Positions 60,294-64,000 of a stretch of 64,000 bases of DNA are shown piece after piece (position 1 is the first letter of the stretch; every line of letters begins with the position of its first letter). The stretch covers positions 78,678,001 to 78,742,000 of the forward strand of contig NC_087444.1 in assembly GCF_036321535.1 (NCBI RefSeq), read 5' to 3'. The stretch is from Camelus dromedarius (Eukaryota). Position numbers and translations under genes: made by a program. The notes under the pieces are model-generated. The model saw only the letters and a list, made by a program, of their open reading frames with translations. It was not told the DNA's origin and did not search any database.

Positions 60294-61232
60294 TCAGGAC
60301 CAGTGGAGGGTTCTCTGCAGCGCCACGTGGACCTCCCTGTTCCGCAGGCAGTAGATGACAGGATTGCACACGGGCGTGGCCACTGTGTAGATGACGGACA
60401 GCACCTTGTTGAGGTCCATGGATCTGATGCGGCTGGGGCGGCAGTAGATGAAGAGGGCTGCCGAGTAGAAGATACCCACCACAACCAGGTGGGAGGCGCA
60501 GGTGGAGAAGGCCTTGCGCCGGGCGGCAGCTGAGGGCATGTGGAGCACACTCACCCCAATGGCTGAGTAGGAGGCCAAGGCCACCAGCAGGGTCCCGCAG
60601 AAGATGATGATGGCAGAGATGAAGTCCACCAGCTCCGTCAGGGCCACGTGGGTGCAGGACAGGTTGAGCAGAGGGGAGACATCACAGAAAAATTGGTTGA
60701 GGACGTTGGGGCCACAGTAGGACAGGCTGGCGATGCATGCTGTTTTGATCACTGAGACCAGCAGCCCACCAAGCCATGAAGTCACGGCCAAGCCCAGGCA
60801 GACCTGGGGCCTCATGAGCAGCGGGTAGTGGAGTGGGCGGCAGATGGCCACGTAGCGGTCATAGGCCATGGACGCCAGGAGGGTGCACTCCGTGCAGATG
60901 AGGGAGATGAAGAAGAAGAGCTGGGTCATGCAGGCTGTGAAGGGCACACGGCAGGGTCCAGTCCGCAGCCCCGCGAGCAGGCTGGGCGTGGTCACCGACA
61001 CGTAGCACATCTCCAGGCAGCTCAGGTTGCCCAGGAAGAAGTACATGGGCTTGTGGAGCTCGCTGTGCCTGCAGATGAGGAGGACGATGAGCGTGTTCTC
61101 CAGGAGGGTCATCAGGTAGAGGGTCAGGAAGACGGCAAACAGGACGTCCCTTACTTCTGGCCTTGTGGACAAGCCCAGTAAGACAAACTCCTGGACTCTG
61201 GTCACGTTGCCCACGGCCAGGGACCTCTCCAT
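60294..61232 (-). CDS. Olfactory receptor, OR6-family (Or6z-like), 312 aa
   Basis: MERSLAVGNVTR..., LHKPMYFF, MAYDRYVAICRPLHY, KAFSTCASH, PVCNPVIYCLRN; HFFCD is QFFCD here. Confidence 0.95.
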   Translation of the reverse strand: MERSLAVGNVTRVQEFVLLGLSTRPEVRDVLFAVFLTLYLMTLLENTLIVLLICRHSELHKPMYFFLGNLSCLEMCYVSVTTPSLLAGLRTGPCRVPFTACMTQLFFFISLICTECTLLASMAYDRYVAICRPLHYPLLMRPQVCLGLAVTSWLGGLLVSVIKTACIASLSYCGPNVLNQFFCDVSPLLNLSCTHVALTELVDFISAIIIFCGTLLVALASYSAIGVSVLHMPSAAARRKAFSTCASHLVVVGIFYSAALFIYCRPSRIRSMDLNKVLSVIYTVATPVCNPVIYCLRNREVHVALQRTLHWS

Positions 61233-61250
61233 CTGCAGAGAGACAAGTTT
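61233..61250 (-). promoter_or_regulatory. Putative 3' splice site abutting ATG
   Basis: on - strand aaacttgtctctctgcAG|ATG. Confidence 0.55.
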
Positions 61251-61769
61251 GTTGAGGTTCTGGTTACTGCAGAGGCACAGTAGTGAACAAAAGGGTGTTC
61301 ATGGTGCCTGGACACTCTAGTGCATTTGGTAGCCCACGTGCTCTTGGAAATTGGCTGTTGACTGAGAAAGGTCCTTTAGGCGTGTGAGGCAAACTCTGAT
61401 CGTGAGGGCACGTGTCTTGGACACGCTGATGTTCTTAGTAAGTCTATGTCCTTATTCTCAGCCTTATGTCCAGTTAGACTGACTGAATATTGGGAAACCA
61501 TTTGCCTCCCATTAGATTGTTATAATAAATTAAGTGAAGCAACTAATGGCAAATTGCTATAGCAAATAGGTTAGAATTGTTATTGCTGTTCTGGGAAAAA
61601 AAGTTCTTTCCAAATTAACTTTTTTTTTTTTTTTTTTGCCCTCTTCACAGATATTTAGTATTCTGTAAATTCAAGACAGTCAGCTCTCTCTGTTAAAAGC
61701 GCATTAAGAGAAGAACATTTTTTCTTTCTGGATTATATTACACTGTGGTTCACCCATCGCAGTGTTCAA

Positions 61770-61930
61770 GGGGAGGGGACAGCTCTGTGGCAGAGCGCAT
61801 GCCTAGCATGCAGGAGATCCTGGGTTCAGTCCCCAGTGCCTCCATTAAATAAATAATAATCTAATTTAAAAAAATAAATAAATAACCTAATGACCTCTCC
61901 CCCCCATTAACAAAACAATAACAATTTTTT
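61770..61930 (+). mobile_element. tRNA-derived SINE (Vic-1-like, long tail form)
   Basis: ggggaggggacagctctgtggcagagcgcatgcctagcatgcaggagatcctgggttcagtcccc...aacctaatgacctctcccccc. Confidence 0.8.
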
Positions 61931-63399
61931 TAAAAGGAGAGAAAGGGACAGCTTCCTCCCTGAGTCACAGAGGGATTCCCACAAAAATGAACACACCTTT
62001 CAACAGAAGAGTGAAAATATAAAATTTATGTCCCGAATCTGTGTGGTCATATACAGACACAAGCGTCATTTACCCACTGCTGTGTTTGAGCAAGTTGAGG
62101 CTCACAGAGGAGATTGTTGTAAACTGGGGCACACGATCTAATCATGAAAGCTTCTAGAACTCACTGAGCCCCTGCTGTGAGCCAGCAACCTGCCAGAAAT
62201 CCTAGTTACATTTTTGGTTCTATGCCAGAAGGCAGGTGTGGGACTCAGACAGGTAAATTCACTCGCCCAAGGTCACACCAGGGCCCGTCACCGCTGAGTC
62301 AGACGTCAGCGCTGCACCAATTCCTCTGCGCCACATCGTCGTGGTCAAGGGGAGCCGGAAAGTCTCCTGCAGCTGAGACGTGGAGAGCACAGAGCTCGCA
62401 CGTAACTGCAGGGCCCTTCTGTCCGTAGAGTGTCAATTACAAGGTTCATTCAGTGACATTCATTGAGCTTCCAGTTTCATGCCAGACACAGGGAGTGACA
62501 GTGAGTGAATCTGACAGATACGGTCCCTGTCTGTAGGAGGCTGACTTCTTGTGAGAAAGAGACATAACAGTTTCTCGTGGACCAAGCCTTCCAGACCCTC
62601 CTCTCCATCTCTGTAATGACCCTTGCTTTGCACACCCCTCAGTGATCCCATCAAAGGACACTGTCCGTGCTTCCACCTGGTGACTCTCCTGGATTAACAT
62701 CAGGGCTGACGATGGCAAAATTTTAGCAGCCACGTTAGTGTAAAAGACCGTTAGATGATCTGACAACTCCCAGTTAAATTTTTCTATGTATAAAATGATG
62801 GAGCAGGAATCTCTCTCTGTCTCTCTCTTTCCCCATTCTCACAAGTAATAGGCATTTTTTGTCTTCCTTAGAAGACAGTACATTTACAGGCAAAAAAAAT
62901 TTCAAGTAAGATCTAATCCCTGACACCTTGTCCCTAATACCCGCTCCCCAGGGGAAACCACCCCACCAGTTTCCTGGGTGACCATCAAGACATAGTTCTT
63001 GGAATCACCCTGGCTTGTAGGTATATGGGTCCTAGGACCTCAGGTTTTTCATTAATAACATATCTTGAAGCTAATCCCATATCAGCCTGAAGCTGACCAC
63101 ATCCCTTTTCACAGCTACAGAATAGTTTTCTTGTGTGGCGGCACCATAACTACCAGTCCCAAACGAGGAATTTTCTCAGGCCTCCCAAGACATCATAAAG
63201 TTCATGGAGGGTCTCATCTGTCCATGTCCAGGTGCCAGCACAGTTTCTGGGGTAATGACTTCGTTTCGATGAAAGTAAATGAACCGCTGTCAGGATATAC
63301 GTGGAAAGAGCTTAAACACAAGGACAGTGCGTTTGGGTTTCACCGTGTATGTAACATGGATACAGGGAGGGCATGATGAGGGTCTGAGATTCATGTAAC

Positions 63400-63880
63400 A
63401 AACGCTGATGCCTGCGAGCACGTTCACCAACATTTATCAAGCACTTACTGTATACCAGCCCCAGTACTGAGAACACCCACGTGTTAACTCATTTATTCTC
63501 CACAAAACCCTTGTGAAGTAGAACTTCTAATGCCGTCTGATGGAAGAAAAGGCTGTGCTGGGCACTGGGTGGGAATGTGTCTACTCCAGGGTGCTTCAGA
63601 GTTATAGGTAGAAAGAGACTTGATAAAGCAAAGTCTAAACTCCAGCATAATTTTGGATAGTTGGGCGATGGAGAGGATGTCTGGCTACATTGGTTCTGGC
63701 CATGAGGGAAGGTGACACTGAAAGGTAATATTAGAATGCAGATGCAGAGGATGGGAAAGGCCTATAAATGCACAGATTTGAGGGGAACAGCATTGCAGAC
63801 AGAAGGAAGAGCAAATGCAAAGGCCCTGCAACGAGAAGGAAATGGCAGGTATCAGGGTCTCGAGGAGGTCCCTGAAGCCG
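63400..63880. mobile_element. L2/MIR fragments
   Basis: ttcaccaacatttatcaagcacttactgt; gcattgcagacagaaggaagagcaaatgcaaaggccctg. Confidence 0.5.
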
Positions 63881-64000
63881 TTAACGTCTTTGCCATAGAC
63901 AACTTTGCTGCAAGCAATTTTGCCACAGACATTTTTGCTGCATACCTAGTTGGCAATAAGGCAATTTTGCCATACAGATAAAGTAAAAAATTAAAGAGAA

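Overview
Mammalian genomic DNA, most likely a camelid. The evidence is nine tRNA-Ala-like SINEs matching Vic-1, many short artiodactyl-type L1 3' ends, and no ruminant or pig SINEs that I could recognise. The window holds a class II olfactory receptor (OR) cluster of six single-exon ORs. These are one frameshifted pseudogene (12975-13906 +), two extremely GC/CpG-rich intact ORs (24168-25133 +, 29829-30821 +) and three close paralogs resembling the mouse Olfr5/Or6z subfamily (40614-41558 +, 48105-49079 -, 60294-61232 -). The rest is repeat-rich: L1 fragments of several ages (often nested), Vic-1 SINEs, MIR/L2, MaLR/ERVL LTRs, hAT and Tigger MITEs, and a decayed ERV1 provirus (~54.2-58.4 kb) whose 5' end is now a CpG island. 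Eleven N runs all fall inside L1 sequence and look like masking or assembly artefacts. I found no prokaryotic features, CRISPR arrays or true RNA genes, and no clearly new molecular machine. The two most interesting signals are (i) three sharp ~1 kb GC/CpG peaks that cut across unrelated sequence classes, consistent with focal GC-biased gene conversion, and (ii) patchwork homogenisation among the three OR6Z-like paralogs, including a 352-bp perfect-identity tract between inverted genes. Repeat family names come from my recall of consensus sequences, not from a database search.
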